In this document: positions 50,541 through 64,000 of the stretch, in pieces | Position numbering within the stretch: position 1 is the stretch's first letter | How the letters are laid out: each line of letters begins with the position of its first letter | From: Octopus sinensis | Lineage: Eukaryota | Direction: 5' to 3' | Length of the DNA stretch: 64,000 bases | Assembly (NCBI RefSeq): GCF_006345805.1 | Contig: NC_042998.1 | Location: forward strand, 48,546,001 to 48,610,000 | Program-made: the position numbers and the translations under genes | Notes under the pieces: model-generated | What the model was told of the DNA's origin: nothing | The model's database searches: none | The model's input: only the letters and a program-made list of their open reading frames with translations

Positions 50541-52359
50541 AACTTCAGTGTTTTGTGCAAAGAACTTGAGAATGGATTATCATGCAAAAGTCTCATTAAT
50601 GAGAATCTCTTCATTAAAAGATTTTCTCCTTTTATTAAACAATACACTAATCCTAGAACAATATCATAGAACTTTTCTGAACCTATTTTCCTCTTTGGTC
50701 TTCACTCGTTATAAAAATCCATTTCATACACCTGACGGTCATTTTCTGATTGCCTAGAAGATTATACAAAATAATCTAGACAGATTTATGGTCTACTGCG
50801 GAAATATCAGCAATATGTGTAATAGAAATTAATCGATCTTCGAACTGCAATTCTTTCTATGATTCACAGTTTAGTCATTGATATGTATTGAAAACTGTGT
50901 GAATCAAAAATCATCTTCAAAGAGTCTCTACCTAATTTTTTGTTTCATGTTTCTAGTCTATAAATGTAAACAGAATAAGCAGAATCAAGTAGTGTATTTC
51001 TTAGGAAGGACAGTTTGGTCAGGTCTATGCTTCTTATTTTCGCATCAGCAGAAGGAATTGAACACATTGGTGCAAGCTAATGAACCATTTCTCATTTGCG
51101 CAACATTATACAAATCTATTAAAGAACAAGATACAAACCACCGGAATTTCCATTCGTTACCTATTACCCTGTTCATTTCACCGTCTACATCTCCAATAGA
51201 CTTACTTTGTAAACACAAAAGATAAACACTGGAATGTTTTCTAAACAAAGCTAAAAAGTTTTGGTACACTTTGAATAATGAAGTTTATTTAATCAATTAT
51301 ATTCCTATGCTATAAATTAGACATTGAATCTAGTTATTGTTGGTTCTAGTCACATAATTTGAAAAATCTGTAAAATTATGTCAGAATGAAAAAGTTTTAT
51401 ATTCTGAGCAAAAAAAAAAATCTATTTAATAAACTAACAACTGATTAGCGTTGTACATCGGAAACTAATCAATACTGTTCATAAATTTCTCTGTAACTAT
51501 TTTATGTCTTCTATAAATAATCCAAAAGCCTAGCTGGTTTTGGCAACAAATATTCATACTACATCGTCAACTGCAGTGTTGCCGTTTATGACAGATTCTA
51601 TACAGGTGAAGAAGAGGAATATTTTTAGAGGCTTCATTGAATAATGAGCTGACTGGTTAGCTGCTATTGCAAGAGTACCTGACTATTCAAGGGACTTTCC
51701 TCTAGGGGTGTTATCAGTGAGATCAATGCATTTGATCCTAAATATGTAGGCTCGAGGATGAACTTTATGTCTACGACAATTATCAGTAGACACTAATATA
51801 ATAAATCGTTTCCTTGACTTTTTCTCATGAGTCAATACATTAATGTAATCACTACTTGTAATAGAAAAATGGATATTCACTTCACTGTCAGTGGTTCAAA
51901 ATACAGCATTGTGGAGAAGGTCAGCCTGAAGAATACAAATGCACGAACAAACTTTGCTTCGTGCCAATTATTCGGCAAAAAAAAAAATCAAACACGGCTT
52001 ATAATGAACAATACATCTGTTTGTTTTCTGTTTTATTTAGCTTAAAAACAGAATTCGTTGGGCCAGACCTAATTATAAATGTAATTATATATTTGTATTT
52101 CTGACGTCTGCTAGTGGGTAGCATATTTTTTCACCAAAGAATATAAATAAATCTACTTTGGTTTAAAATGAAGCTTCAATTCAGTTACTACTGATTTGTA
52201 ACTGTTTTGACTTCTGACTGTTACCATTTCACTTTTTCGCCCCTGACAAACCGTATTTAGGTAAAGATAAAGGTTTCTGTTCTCATTCTTTCCTCTCCTT
52301 AAGCGATTTATACCTGTACAGAAAACACGCATTGCTAATATTTCAAGTGGATTGGTATA

Positions 52360-52580
52360 AGGGTGTTGAACTGGCAGAATCGTTAGATCGTCGAACGAAA
52401 TGCTTTGCGATATTCTTCCGACTCATTATACTCTAAGTTCAAATCTCCTATCTGAGATAATATTTGTCTTTAATCTTTCTAGGGTCGACGAAATAAAGTA
52501 CCAGTCAAATTCTGGGATTGATGGTATTGACTAAAACCCTTCCCTCAAATTTGTTAGCCTCGTACCTAAATTAGAAACTA
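52360..52580 (+). mobile_element. SINE family B, diverged
   Basis: gaactggcagaatcgttag, aagttcaaat, agggtcgacgaaataaagtaccagt. Confidence 0.8.
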
Positions 52581-53829
52581 AAAATATCTTTAATATATTT
52601 CTACACTCGACTGCAAAAAGAGTGAATAAATATAATCTGAAAAGGAGAAACCTGTTTTTGAATCTGATGAATAGCTGTTAAACGAAAAGTAAACATCTAA
52701 AATTCGACATTACGGAAGCATCACTTTTAACGAGTATTCAGTTTAAAACAACAGAGTGGTCCATAGCTTTAAACTTTAACGGGAGAAAGCAAAAGCCAGT
52801 GAAATCAACATTGTTATTTGTTTGATGTATTAATGGGTTGGATATCTCTGAAAATGCGAAAGATAGTCCTCTGAACACGTGAAACACAGCCTTCTTATTC
52901 GTATGTATGATACTTCCTTTGGTATGTAATTGTATATCTATCAGAGATTGAGATACCCAAATGCACACACATACCTCTTCTCCTGGAAACAAATCTCTCT
53001 TTTCACTTGCGCGATAAACAGTATCAGTTGTTTAATCTTTTGTGATCAGTGGTACCCATCAACGATTGTTCATCTCTATTGACTCCAGATGACAAAATAA
53101 ATGGGCATTTGCCGTTCATGCATCAATGAAAAGGCATTATCGATAAAAATGAAGTGAAGGTAAAGGATACAATAAGATATTAAAAATGTGTTAGTGATTA
53201 TACAGGCATGTCAATATGGCTAATCGAGTGTGTCCGAGATACGAGAATAACGACGAAATTTTATTATACTGTGCCCTCGGATTAGTAACAGTGCGTGGCA
53301 GTTTACCTGGGACAACTGCTATTGATTCTCAGCAATAACCGTTTGGCAGTTATCGTCTGATGCTAGCAGCAGCGTAGAAGTTATGCTCAGCAAAATTCAA
53401 AGAGCTTAATTCAAAACGTATACAAAAAACCCCCACTTTTAATGATCTAAGGGAAAATTGCCGTTTTACTTGAAAAATTAATATAAAAGCAAGCGATAAT
53501 TTTTAACGATTCCCAAAGAGAAAAAGAAGATAACCAAGAAAATTGGAAACATCTAATTTAACAGAAAATTGCATGCTTATACTTAGGGGATTAATTTTGT
53601 TTTTATTAGTGAACAAGGTGAAAGCTACGTACATGCTTCAGTTTTACTTGAAGTTCTCAATCGATGCTAAGAAGATATATTAGGATTTCTATCAATTGTC
53701 ATCGAGATACGATGAGATTTTGAAAACCATTAGAAGAAAGTTGAATAATGAATTCTCATACATTTAAAACAGCAGAACGCGAGAGTAGATTACTAGTTGT
53801 GTGCAAAATTTGTAATCATCTATAGAGTT

Positions 53830-53862
<33 letters not shown>

Positions 53863-56800
53863 AAGCCTGGAACAATGTTACCATGATTTGCATTCCAGAC
53901 ATAGGCATGCTCATTTCATTTGACCCTATGAAGGGTATATTATTTAATTATCTTCAACTGCATGTAGTATTTGGTTGATAAGAAACTGCATAAAAAAAAC
54001 AGGCAGGTTTGCAGCAAAACATATCTATTTGTTCAATAAATATTCGCCCTCTGACACATTAGTGAGAAATATAACAAATACCAAACTTTCTTTGCTTTCA
54101 CCTAACACAAATAATCATTTTGGAATATCGTGAAACAAAAAGAATACCTTTCAATCTAAAAGATGTGCACCGACTCAAAGAGCAAAGTCAGGGCTAACGA
54201 TGGACATCGTGCCTGGCTTAAAGTACTGGCAGTTGTAACTATTTTCATTTACATTTATCATAAATCGCTAAAGAAAGCCACACAGGTAAAATCTCTACAG
54301 TAAGTAGACTTTGATAGCGTGGCCCTGTCAGACAAGACCAATTCCCGGCAATTTCTGGTTTCAGCGTATCTACGAAAAGTATTGGCCTCAACATCAATTT
54401 ACCAACCATTCCTGCCACCAAGAAAAAAACTTATTACATCTTGAGTATATCTGCCACTACTAATGTCTACATCGACCAATTAGAAATAGAGCAAACTAAA
54501 CTGACGGGTGACAAACTTTATGCTGCATCCAACGAACTATCCATGATCAGGATTAACAAAATACTATCACGAATTGATGAGAATGTTTTGACGTAGTCTC
54601 TCGGTTTGCATGAAATAACAACCAAACACCTATCAAATTATATTCTTTGCTTTCTATAAAACACATTGGACAATGTAGCTCTTGATGCATAAAAGTAAAA
54701 GAAGTGATAATCCACCATTATGGAATACCATCAAACACACAGAATGACTCATAATCTTATAGAGTTGTACTAATTCAAACTACGAAGTCAGTACTAGAGA
54801 TGGGTATAGATGTACTGCTTGAATATGCCAACGGGAGTTTAGTTGCTGTTACTGTTTATACATGCGTTGGTCCTAAATCTATGCTACGAAAAGCCACACA
54901 AGTCGAAGGCATTCAAGTGAATAGGCGAGCAGTGTCTCGAGCCGGAACGCCATTGATCATAGGTTTGATCCATTATGTTTAACCTAAGACTTAATGTGAT
55001 ACAGTCACTCAGTACAATGATAATATTCTACAGACCCATTATAACCCCTCCGTCGTCACAAAGTTGAGACATTGCTCCTGTAAAACCAAACAAGGAAAGA
55101 AACTTAACACACCTGTCAGCTTATTTCTTCATAAAAGACTAGATGTCAAATAGAGGTATTTCGTTTCAAATGATGAAAGATACCATTGAACCAAGCAATT
55201 CAGTCAGTGCAGAAAATCGTTTCGTGAACTATAGAAATTATTAAATTGCATCTTCAATAAGTGTAACCAAAGACAAACAAACAAACAAACAAAAAAAAAT
55301 AGGCGCCACTAAATTTCGTTATGTTTGTATATTTGATTCATGATGCGAATGTCTGTAATGTTTTGAAAACTGCAGAAATATTTAAAATCCAAATGGAAAT
55401 TTTGTTTGCGTGTAAGTTTTTGAATATAGACTTTTGTCGCAAGTAATTTGGATAACGAATATGCAGTCCAGATCAGTTCAACGTGTTATTATAAGGTTGA
55501 ACAAGCTATGGGCTATACGTAAGAAAAAAAGATTACTTGGAAAGCGAAACGTAGGAGGAAAACGTTGACACACTTAGATATACAGCAACGTAACTTCTTT
55601 CAAACATTAAGGAGTTTTAATAGTAATGCAAAATACATTGAATTTCTGAGCATATTTCCTCAGGATATTTTGCTTGCTTCCATTCGTTAACTTCTTGGTT
55701 ATCATTGTAACGAATATTTCTCCATTTTATCTATTGAAATGAGGTTTCATACGCATATATCGGAGTGCATCTCTTCGACAACACCGACATCGAACGTGTT
55801 TTGGATGGGATGCACTTCCCACTGATTCTATCGATCTGTCTATCAGCTTTGTCGCAAGTATGTACATAGTAAACAACATCTACTGATAGAAATAGATTTA
55901 CATTAAAATGAGTTAAAGAATAATACAATATCTGTTTACTAGAAGCGCATCGCGTCTTTCTCTTTGTACCAATAACGAATTTAATAATTTATTTTCCATT
56001 AACGGAATGTAAGTAATGGTGTATTGATCAGGAATAAATAACTTCAGAAATATCTGTTGTCTAAATAGTCACATTTAAAATAAATATATCAGAAATGTCA
56101 ACGATAAACAACTCATCTAATATATTTGACATTCTTTAAATGCAGTATGCGTGTATGTATCTGTGAGAAAGAGAAAACGAAAACATACACATTATATCCA
56201 ATTCTATATTCCTCCTACTGAAGGATCGCCACCTACGGCTAATTAAGTTGCCCCATGAATTGAGGATTAACCTTACTCGCAGGGCTAAGTGTTCTTTCAT
56301 AGCCCTACTGACTGTATGGTAATGCAAAGAGCTAACCCATCCACAATGGCCATATTCGCCAATTTACCTCACTTTTCATAAATTTACTGGAGAACAACAT
56401 CTCTCTCGCCATCGACACCTTCCTCTTCAAGTAGAACTAGGACGAAAAGAGAAAGCGTCTGTGTCCAGCACTTTTCGTCTCATCTTTCACCAGAACAACC
56501 AGAATAAAGGGAAACTACCTGCCTCTCTTAGTCAAAGGAATGTGGTGGGGCGATCTTCACGATGGGCTCGGCCGATAGACAAGTCTGTCCTAGTGGTAAC
56601 AATAGTTATTTGACAAAACTTCAAAAAGTCAGCAATGTTCGAATATTGGGTCAGTGTGTGACGAACATTTCGCTACACTTCTGCTCGATTAATACCACAT
56701 CCTTCCTGCAGGTTTTGTTTTGAAACCAGCCTTTTTTCCCGGTAAAATTTCTATGTCAGAGATTTCTGAAAGTCAACCGTAGGCCCGAGCCCAAAATGTC

Positions 56801-58421
56801 CAACCAGTCAATTTTAGGTGACGCCGAAACCAGAACACCGTTTCACTTCCTTATCACTCGCTTAATACTAACATATTAGTTACACTAACATATACCGACA
56901 TGTAAGTTACAGTTACACGTATTGTATACTAACATATAAGTTACATATAATACTAATATATAAGTTACACGTATTGTTCAGATGGTAGAGGGATGAGAGC
57001 ACCTGACAATTTTTCAGATGTCATTTACATAGTCTTGGTCTTCTGTTGACTCAGGACTCCAGCTCTGACAGATATAAACTATGGAAAGAACATGCTTGCC
57101 AAAAACAATACTTGCTTACTACAAATACCTGCTCACTAACTGCAAATACCCCGGTCTCAGCGTGATTAAACCTCCTTTATCTCAAACTGGCCGAATCATA
57201 TTTGCTGTACTTTCTTTTATTGGCGCCACTTATTTCAAGTACTCCTGTTTCATGTAACATTTTCTCTTTCATCATAACTTCCTGAATGGCATTTTCAAAT
57301 AAATTACTTGTCAATACGTAAAATTTACTTTTTTTTTTACTATGCTTTAAACTTTTTCAAAAACATTCATTATGTTTTTTTCCTTTTTATACGTTTTGAG
57401 TTTGTGTCAATAACAATTATTTGGGGGCTGTAAAAAACGTTAGCTGTAAAAGGTGTGGACTAGCAGGAAAATGCGGGCGCCGGAGTGATAATATTTTTAT
57501 TTGAATCTAGAAAAATACGGAAAAAGAAATGGACAATTAAAGATATTACAGCTGAAGTTGGAATTGAATTGATTTTAAAAATAGTACAATTTTTTTTTTT
57601 TTAAATTTAAATGTTAAGGTACACACCCTGCTTTAGATTCTAATTCTCCTTTATAGAAAATTTTATATCGAACGCCTTACATTTTACTCCCCAAGAAAGA
57701 AAAACATGGTGAATGATGGGAGCGTGCTGAAATACCCGTATATGATGGAGATGTAGCTTGTTTTTCAAAATTTAAACTGATTGCCTAATGTTTTTCTCAA
57801 ATATAGCTACGATAAAATTCATTCATGCAGAAATATGAGTTCATCAGGAAAAAGTGATAAGGATGCATTTTTGGCTTGCTTAATAACTATCAAATATATA
57901 GCAATATCCTGCGAACGTAGAGACTGGTGTGAGATAAGTGATGTACTAAGTTCTGCCTTCCCTCACTAAAAGATGAAAATTATACGGACCACAGGCAAAG
58001 GAGTCGAAATATATTCAAATGAAGCTCTGGAAATCCAATAATTTTGGGTACTTGATGCCACTAACTCTCAGCTCCAACACTCATGTCTTCTTATAAAGTT
58101 TGGCCAAAAACCTCCCTTCCTTAAAATGCACAACTTTTATCTTCTAAAGACACAGCATAAACTACAGGAGATCATCTCAATCAGATATTCGTGAGAGTGT
58201 AATGGAGGAAAATAAGTGCCTGTTCATATTTAACGACATTATCCACATTCTCGTTTACGTTTTAATTTTTTCCCTACAATTTAAGACTTGGAGCCAACTC
58301 CTACGCCACGATATGCATGCATATATACATGTATACATACATGTCTGTATGTATACACACACATACACGCACACACATGTATGTATATATATATATATAT
58401 ATACATACATACATACGTGTG

Positions 58422-58455
<34 letters not shown>

Positions 58456-58471
58456 TGTATGTATGTACGTA

Positions 58472-58623
58472 TGGCTGTGTGGTAAGAAACTTGCTTCTCA
58501 TGGTCCCGAGTTCAGTCACACTGCGTAGTACCTTGGGCAAGTGTCTTCTGCTATAGCCTCGTGTCAACCGAAGCCTTGTGAGTGGATTTAGTAGGCGGAA
58601 ACTGAAAGAAAGATATGTATATA

Positions 58624-58706
<83 letters not shown>

Positions 58707-58921
58707 GTTTGTGTGTGTGTGTGTATCTGTGTTTGTCTGTGCTTGACAACCAATGCTGGTGTGTTTACGTCCCCATAACTTAGTGGTTCGGCGAAGGAGC
58801 CCGATAGAAGAACTACTAGGCTTACAAAAAATAAGTCCTGGGGTCGATTTGCTCGACTAAAGGCGGTGCTCCAGCATGGCCACATCCAAATGACTGAAAC
58901 AAGTAAAAGAGTAAAAGAGTA
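58472..58921 (+). mobile_element. SINE family A, full length, long internal (TG)n
   Basis: tggctgtgtggtaagaaacttgc...accttgggcaagtgtcttctgctatagcc...tgaaacaagtaaaagagtaaaagag. Confidence 0.92.
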
Positions 58922-59329
58922 TATATATATATATATATATATAGCATCATCATTATCATCAATGTGGTCAAGCATATAAAAGCAAAATAAATCATGAATG
59001 GCATTCCGATATGAAGTGAACAAATCCAGCAGCCAAAATATACTTCCAGTTTTACTTCAGTTAACATAGTAACAATAATACCAAAGCACCAAAGCACGTG
59101 CATGAAAATATGGCTGAAGTTATATGCTACAGATGATTGCTATATTGGTGACTATAAAATCTTGTATGAACTATTTAAAATTTAAAGGTTGAATGGCTGT
59201 GGAAAATAGCGTTGAAGAGAACAATATAGTCTTTCATTTATTTATCATTTATTTCCTTTATAACTTTGCCACCGTATGGTCGACCGGTCAGAACAAACAT
59301 TGATAATTCAATTAGGAAGAGACAGAAAA

Positions 59330-59769
59330 ATATATATGCATATATGTGTGCTGGCGGTTTATGGATATGTGTGTGTGTACGCTTGCGTGTGTATACATAT
59401 AAACGTTTATATATATATATATATATACATATTCAAGCACATACAAATTATATATATATATATAAATATACAAGCACACACATATATATATACACAAACA
59501 CAAACACATATACATATATATAGAGACACACACAAAAACATAGATATATATCTAAATATATATATACATATATATATAGCTATATATATACACATATATA
59601 TCTATATATACATACATATATACATATCTAAATATATATGTATATATATGTATATATATGTATACATATATATACATATATACATATATATTACTTATTT
59701 TTTAAAGCCTGTATATATATATATATACATATATATATATGTATATATATATATCTATATATATATATA

Positions 59770-59844
<75 letters not shown>

Positions 59845-60102
59845 ACATACGTGCGTACACACACATACACACTCATATATGGTACAAGAATTATATGTTA
59901 TTCGATTAAATATACTCATCATAAATATAGTAGTATTTACAAATCCCACATTCACACATATTCATATAAACATACGTTTCTGGCGAGTTACTTCAGGTTT
60001 ATGTACAGCTGTATTTATATAAACAAAAGCAGAATATCTGTGTGTGCGTATGTGTGTACGTACACACACATATACACACACACATACACACACATGCACA
60101 CA

Positions 60103-60170
<68 letters not shown>
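59330..60170. repeat. large degenerate (TA)/(CA) field
   Basis: direct reading. Confidence 0.93.
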
Positions 60171-60171
<1 letters not shown>

Positions 60172-60175
<4 letters not shown>

Positions 60176-60330
60176 ACGGGCTTCCACACAGTTTCCGCCA
60201 ACCAAATTCGCTTCAGGGTATTAATTGGCTCGGAGTTATAGTACATATTTGCCCATGGGGCCGCGCTGTAAGACTGAACCCGAAACCTTGTAGTTGGAAA
60301 GCGTGTCCTTAACCATTCAACCATGTCCAC
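60172..60330 (-). mobile_element. SINE family A head half, diverged
   Basis: cgacgggcttc..cagtttccg, gactgaaccc, accattcaaccatg. Confidence 0.7.
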
Positions 60331-60798
60331 ATTGCTTCACATATTATACAAACACACACACACACACATACACACACATACACACACACTAGCTCTAACA
60401 ATCTATCTCGAAGATAGCATTTAGACGGTAACATAGATTTTAGTGTAGAGACATCAGTGTAGAAAGAAATGATATGAAGTATTAATAGCGGTTGTTTAGC
60501 CACAGGTCAACGCTAATACAATTATCCTATGAGGAAATCCTTCCAGCTGTAACCGTCTGGAAAGTAACTACAATCTCTTATCACAAGCGCAGTGTTTCTG
60601 GGTCAATATTTTACAATGTCTTGTTTTTCATTTAATATCGGTAGGGTGAGATTTCAAAGGACTTTGGATGATGCTTTTTTTAGCAGTCGCGTGGGTACAT
60701 CTGTGCCTGTGACTGTACCTAAATGCTTAGATGACTTTACATGTGGATCTGCGTGTGGATCCGGCTGTGTGTGGACCCGGCTGTATGTGTGTGTGTGT

Positions 60799-60838
<40 letters not shown>

Positions 60839-61354
60839 GTCTGTGTGTGCGCGCCGCTCGAAAAGTATATGCGCACGCGAGTGGCTGCGTATGAACGGGC
60901 TATGTAGAGGCGCGCAGTGTAGTACCTGCAGATGTCTGAGGATCATAAAAATATTTACGAACATTAATATCCGACGCAGTGTCGAAAACTATTCAAACTG
61001 ATACCATAAACCTGTCAGAGACTTCGACTTTATGTCGCGATTCCCTTTCTGATCTGTTCGTACTGAAGTTGCGTTGTTATAACTATTATTACTGTAACCA
61101 TTCTTCTTATTCTTGTTATTGTTATCATTGAGCCTACTTCGTTCAGTTTACTTAAATTTCCTCTCTTCTCTCTACTGCGTGCGGTTGCTGTTGTGTATGA
61201 TATGAGTGGTGTGTGTCTCTCCGAATATGTACGGAGGCGGGGGAGCATAGACTCCACCGCCCTCCTCGCATCGGCCCTTACTACTTCAGACTTTGTTACT
61301 CTCTATTCTGTCTTACCAATAATGTTGAATGAAATTTGCATAGATTGAATAAAT

Positions 61355-61795
61355 TTATTTCTTTATTGCCTACTGGGGACTAAACATAGAGGAGACAAAC
61401 AAGGACTGACAAAGAGATTAAGTCGATTACATCGACTCCAGTGCACAACTGGTACTTATTTAATTTACCCCGAAAGGATGAAAGGCAAAGTCGACCTCGG
61501 AGGAATTTGAACCCAGAACACGAATACTGCTATGCATTTCGCCCGGCGTGTTAACGATTCTTATTTCTTTATTGCCCACAAGGGGCTAAACATAGAGGGG
61601 ACAAACAGGGACTGACAAAGAGATTAAGTCGATTACATCGACCCCAGTGCATAACTGGTACTTATTTAATTGACCCCCGAAAGGATGAACGGCAAAGTCG
61701 ACCTCGGCGGAATTTGAACTCAGAACACGAAGACTGACGAAATACTGTTAAGCATTTCGCCCGGCGTGTTAACGATTCTACCTGCTCGTCGCCCT
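61355..61795 (-). mobile_element. SINE-B head-to-tail dimer inside one 14-bp TSD
   Basis: TSD tagattgaataaat at 61341-61354 and 61796-61809; unit junction at ~61560. Confidence 0.9.
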
Positions 61796-61949
61796 TAGAT
61801 TGAATAAATGAGAGCAAATATTTTCGTTGCGAACGTTGAGGAGGTGGTGAGTGTTTTACATATGGCTAAAAATCTGTATATGTTTTCTAAAGCTTAAAAT
61901 ACCAACTTCGCTTTCTCCGTATTTATTATTACTGCATATATATAAATGC

Positions 61950-62110
61950 ATAACGACCTTTCATCAGTTGTCAGCTGTCTATCTACTCCCCAGCCAAAAA
62001 CTGATGAAAGGTCGTTCTTTATGTTACTTGTCCTATTTTCTATTTGTTCCTCTCGTTGTTTGCGTATTGAACTCATTTGCTTTCGTATTTCATGTTGTTT
62101 ACCGTTGGTG
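61950..62110 (+). mobile_element. PLE-derived fragment with a perfect 18-bp inverted repeat
   Basis: aacgacctttcatcagtt (61952-61969) / aactgatgaaaggtcgtt (61999-62016); homologous to 16715-16800. Confidence 0.7.
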
Positions 62111-62163
62111 ATGTCATGTACCCATATATATATATATATATATATAATATATATATATATATA

Positions 62164-62197
<34 letters not shown>

Positions 62198-62347
62198 TAC
62201 TTAGCGGTTCGGCAAAAGAGACCGATAGAATAAGTACTGGGGCTTACAAAAGAATAAGTCCCGGAGTCGATTTGCTCGATTAAAGGCGGTGGTCCAACAT
62301 TGCCGCAGTCAAATGACTGAAACAAGTAAAAGATTAAGAGTAAAAGA
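62198..62347 (+). mobile_element. SINE family A tail fragment starting in (TA)n
   Basis: acttagcggttcggcaaaagagaccgatagaataagtactgg...tgaaacaagtaaaaga. Confidence 0.88.
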
Positions 62348-62428
<81 letters not shown>

Positions 62429-62429
62429 T

Positions 62430-62645
62430 AAGTTGACGACCTGGCAGAATCGTTAGCACCCTGGACAAAATGCATAGCGGCATTTCGTCCGTTTTTACGT
62501 TGTAAGTTCAAATTCCGCCGGGGACGATTTTGCCTTACATCCTTTAGTGGTCGATAGAGAAGTACCAGGCGAGAACTCGGGTCAATGTATTCGGCTAGCC
62601 CCATACCCTGACATTTCAAGCTTTGTGCCTACAATAGAATAGGAA
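62430..62645 (+). mobile_element. SINE family B
   Basis: cctggcagaatcgttagcacc, aagttcaaattccgccg, catcctttagtggtcgatag. Confidence 0.8.
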
Positions 62646-63000
62646 AGATTATTATTATATATACACACACAGACATAGATGTATTTCTTTATAATATATA
62701 TATATATATATTTATAGATGTGTGTATGTGTGTGTATACATGTTTGGGAAATAAGAACAAAAGATATATTTGAAGGATATGTAGAGAAATTTGTGTAGAC
62801 TGACATGTTTCGTTGTCTGCATCGATATCCATGAATTCAGAAAACGGAAGTCGGCAAGAAAGATGGATAGAGAACTGTCAGTGATCAAAACCGGAAAAAT
62901 ACACAGATAAGAGAATTCTTTTAATTGGGAAGCGATATATATATTCATGTGAGGGTGGGGGAGAGAATGAGTGAGTGAGAGAGAGAGAGAGAGAGAGAGA

Positions 63001-63057
63001 ACGGAAGGGAGAGAGGGAGAACGGAAGGGAGAGAGGGAGAACGGAAGGTAGAGAGAG
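63001..63057 (+). repeat. 20-bp tandem repeat x3 (acggaagggagagagggaga)
   Basis: direct reading. Confidence 0.9.
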
Positions 63058-63794
63058 ATTGACATTGAGAAGCATACAGACAGCTTTAATTCCACTAAAA
63101 AACAAGATGCAGAGTAAACGATAAGATAATTTTATTCTATAATAATAACAAAATGAGGAGATTTATTCTTTGGTTACCGATAAATTAATTGAATTGTGAC
63201 AAGCATGATCAACAAGATAAAATTAATGTTCTGTATTAAAAAAAAAAGCAATAGTTTCCACGTTAAGAATATACAAAAACTACTGAAATGTTATCGATTA
63301 CTATACTGAGTACATTATTCTACAAAAACTGATGACGTGTACCTGAATGTGTATGTGCCTATAGACACATGTGTGTGCTAGTGTGAATGAGAGTATATGT
63401 GCGTATGTGTGTGTGTGCATGTACGTGTAAATTAGTTTGCAATCATATATACGTTTTAAAGAGTATATACATATATATATGCGAAGTTCTCCGGCCCCGT
63501 AAGGCAATTATATAATCTACAACTTGCTGGTCATCGCAACCGTCTTAGCTCGCTCAGACACTGTGGTCAAACCTCCAAATTTACTGAGTAGAATCGGATT
63601 GTGTAGACCGTCTCACACTTTAAAACCACTAAGCGTATGCAGAAAGAAAAGTCCTACAACATCAAGGCTCATTTCATATAGTCATTTGAAGACGTGCCAC
63701 TTTTCCTCAGGATCTCCAGGCACGAAGAAACTGCCATAATTATCTGGAGATTTATATGTATATATTTACGATTCCATTACCGTATGCTTCAAAT

Positions 63795-64000
63795 AATACC
63801 TATTTCTTTACTACCCACAAGGGGCTAAACACAGAGAAGACGAACAAGGACAGACAAACGGATTAAGTCGATTATATCGACCCCAGTGCGTAACTGGTAC
63901 TTATTTAATCGACACCGAAAGAATGAGAGGCAAAGTCGACCTCGGCGGAATTTGAACTCAGAACGTAACGGCAGACGAAATACCTATTTATTTACTACCC
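63795..64000 (-). mobile_element. SINE-B concatemer, young, running off the window edge
   Basis: aatacctattt at 63795 and 63979; same junction ggcagacgaaatacctat as at 1646-1663. Confidence 0.9.

Noticed and set aside
52664-52695. CUGAUGA...GAAA hammerhead-like spacing (other CUGAUGA hits at ~3195 minus, 62001 and 63329)
   Set aside because: No stem II or stem I pairing can be formed.

Overview
AT-rich, microsatellite-dense animal DNA. From memory, the SINE and retroelement repertoire looks like Octopus (coleoid cephalopod); this is recognition, not a database hit. I find no recognisable host protein-coding exon, tRNA, rRNA or CRISPR array, and most track ORFs are microsatellite translations. 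The window is intergenic or intronic. It contains: three or four tRNA-derived SINE families (my labels A, B, C/D; about 35 copies); a long Penelope-like element (RT + GIY-YIG, 12.7-16.1 kb) with a hammerhead-like terminal motif; 3' fragments of CR1, Tx1/L1, R4/Dong-like and RTE LINEs; two internally deleted mariners; a decayed hAT (Charlie/Buster type); and a non-autonomous Helentron-like element. The most unusual signals concern how retroposons integrated: (i) a head-to-head SINE dimer forming a ~300 bp foldback inside one 11-12 bp target-site duplication (TSD); (ii) three SINEs separated by four copies of one target motif, suggesting serial reuse of one site; (iii) SINE concatemers with a single TSD or a fixed junction; (iv) a Penelope hammerhead core with an A6U change in two independent copies; (v) two pre-miRNA-sized hairpins in unique sequence. 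Coordinates were read by eye and are approximate for decayed elements.
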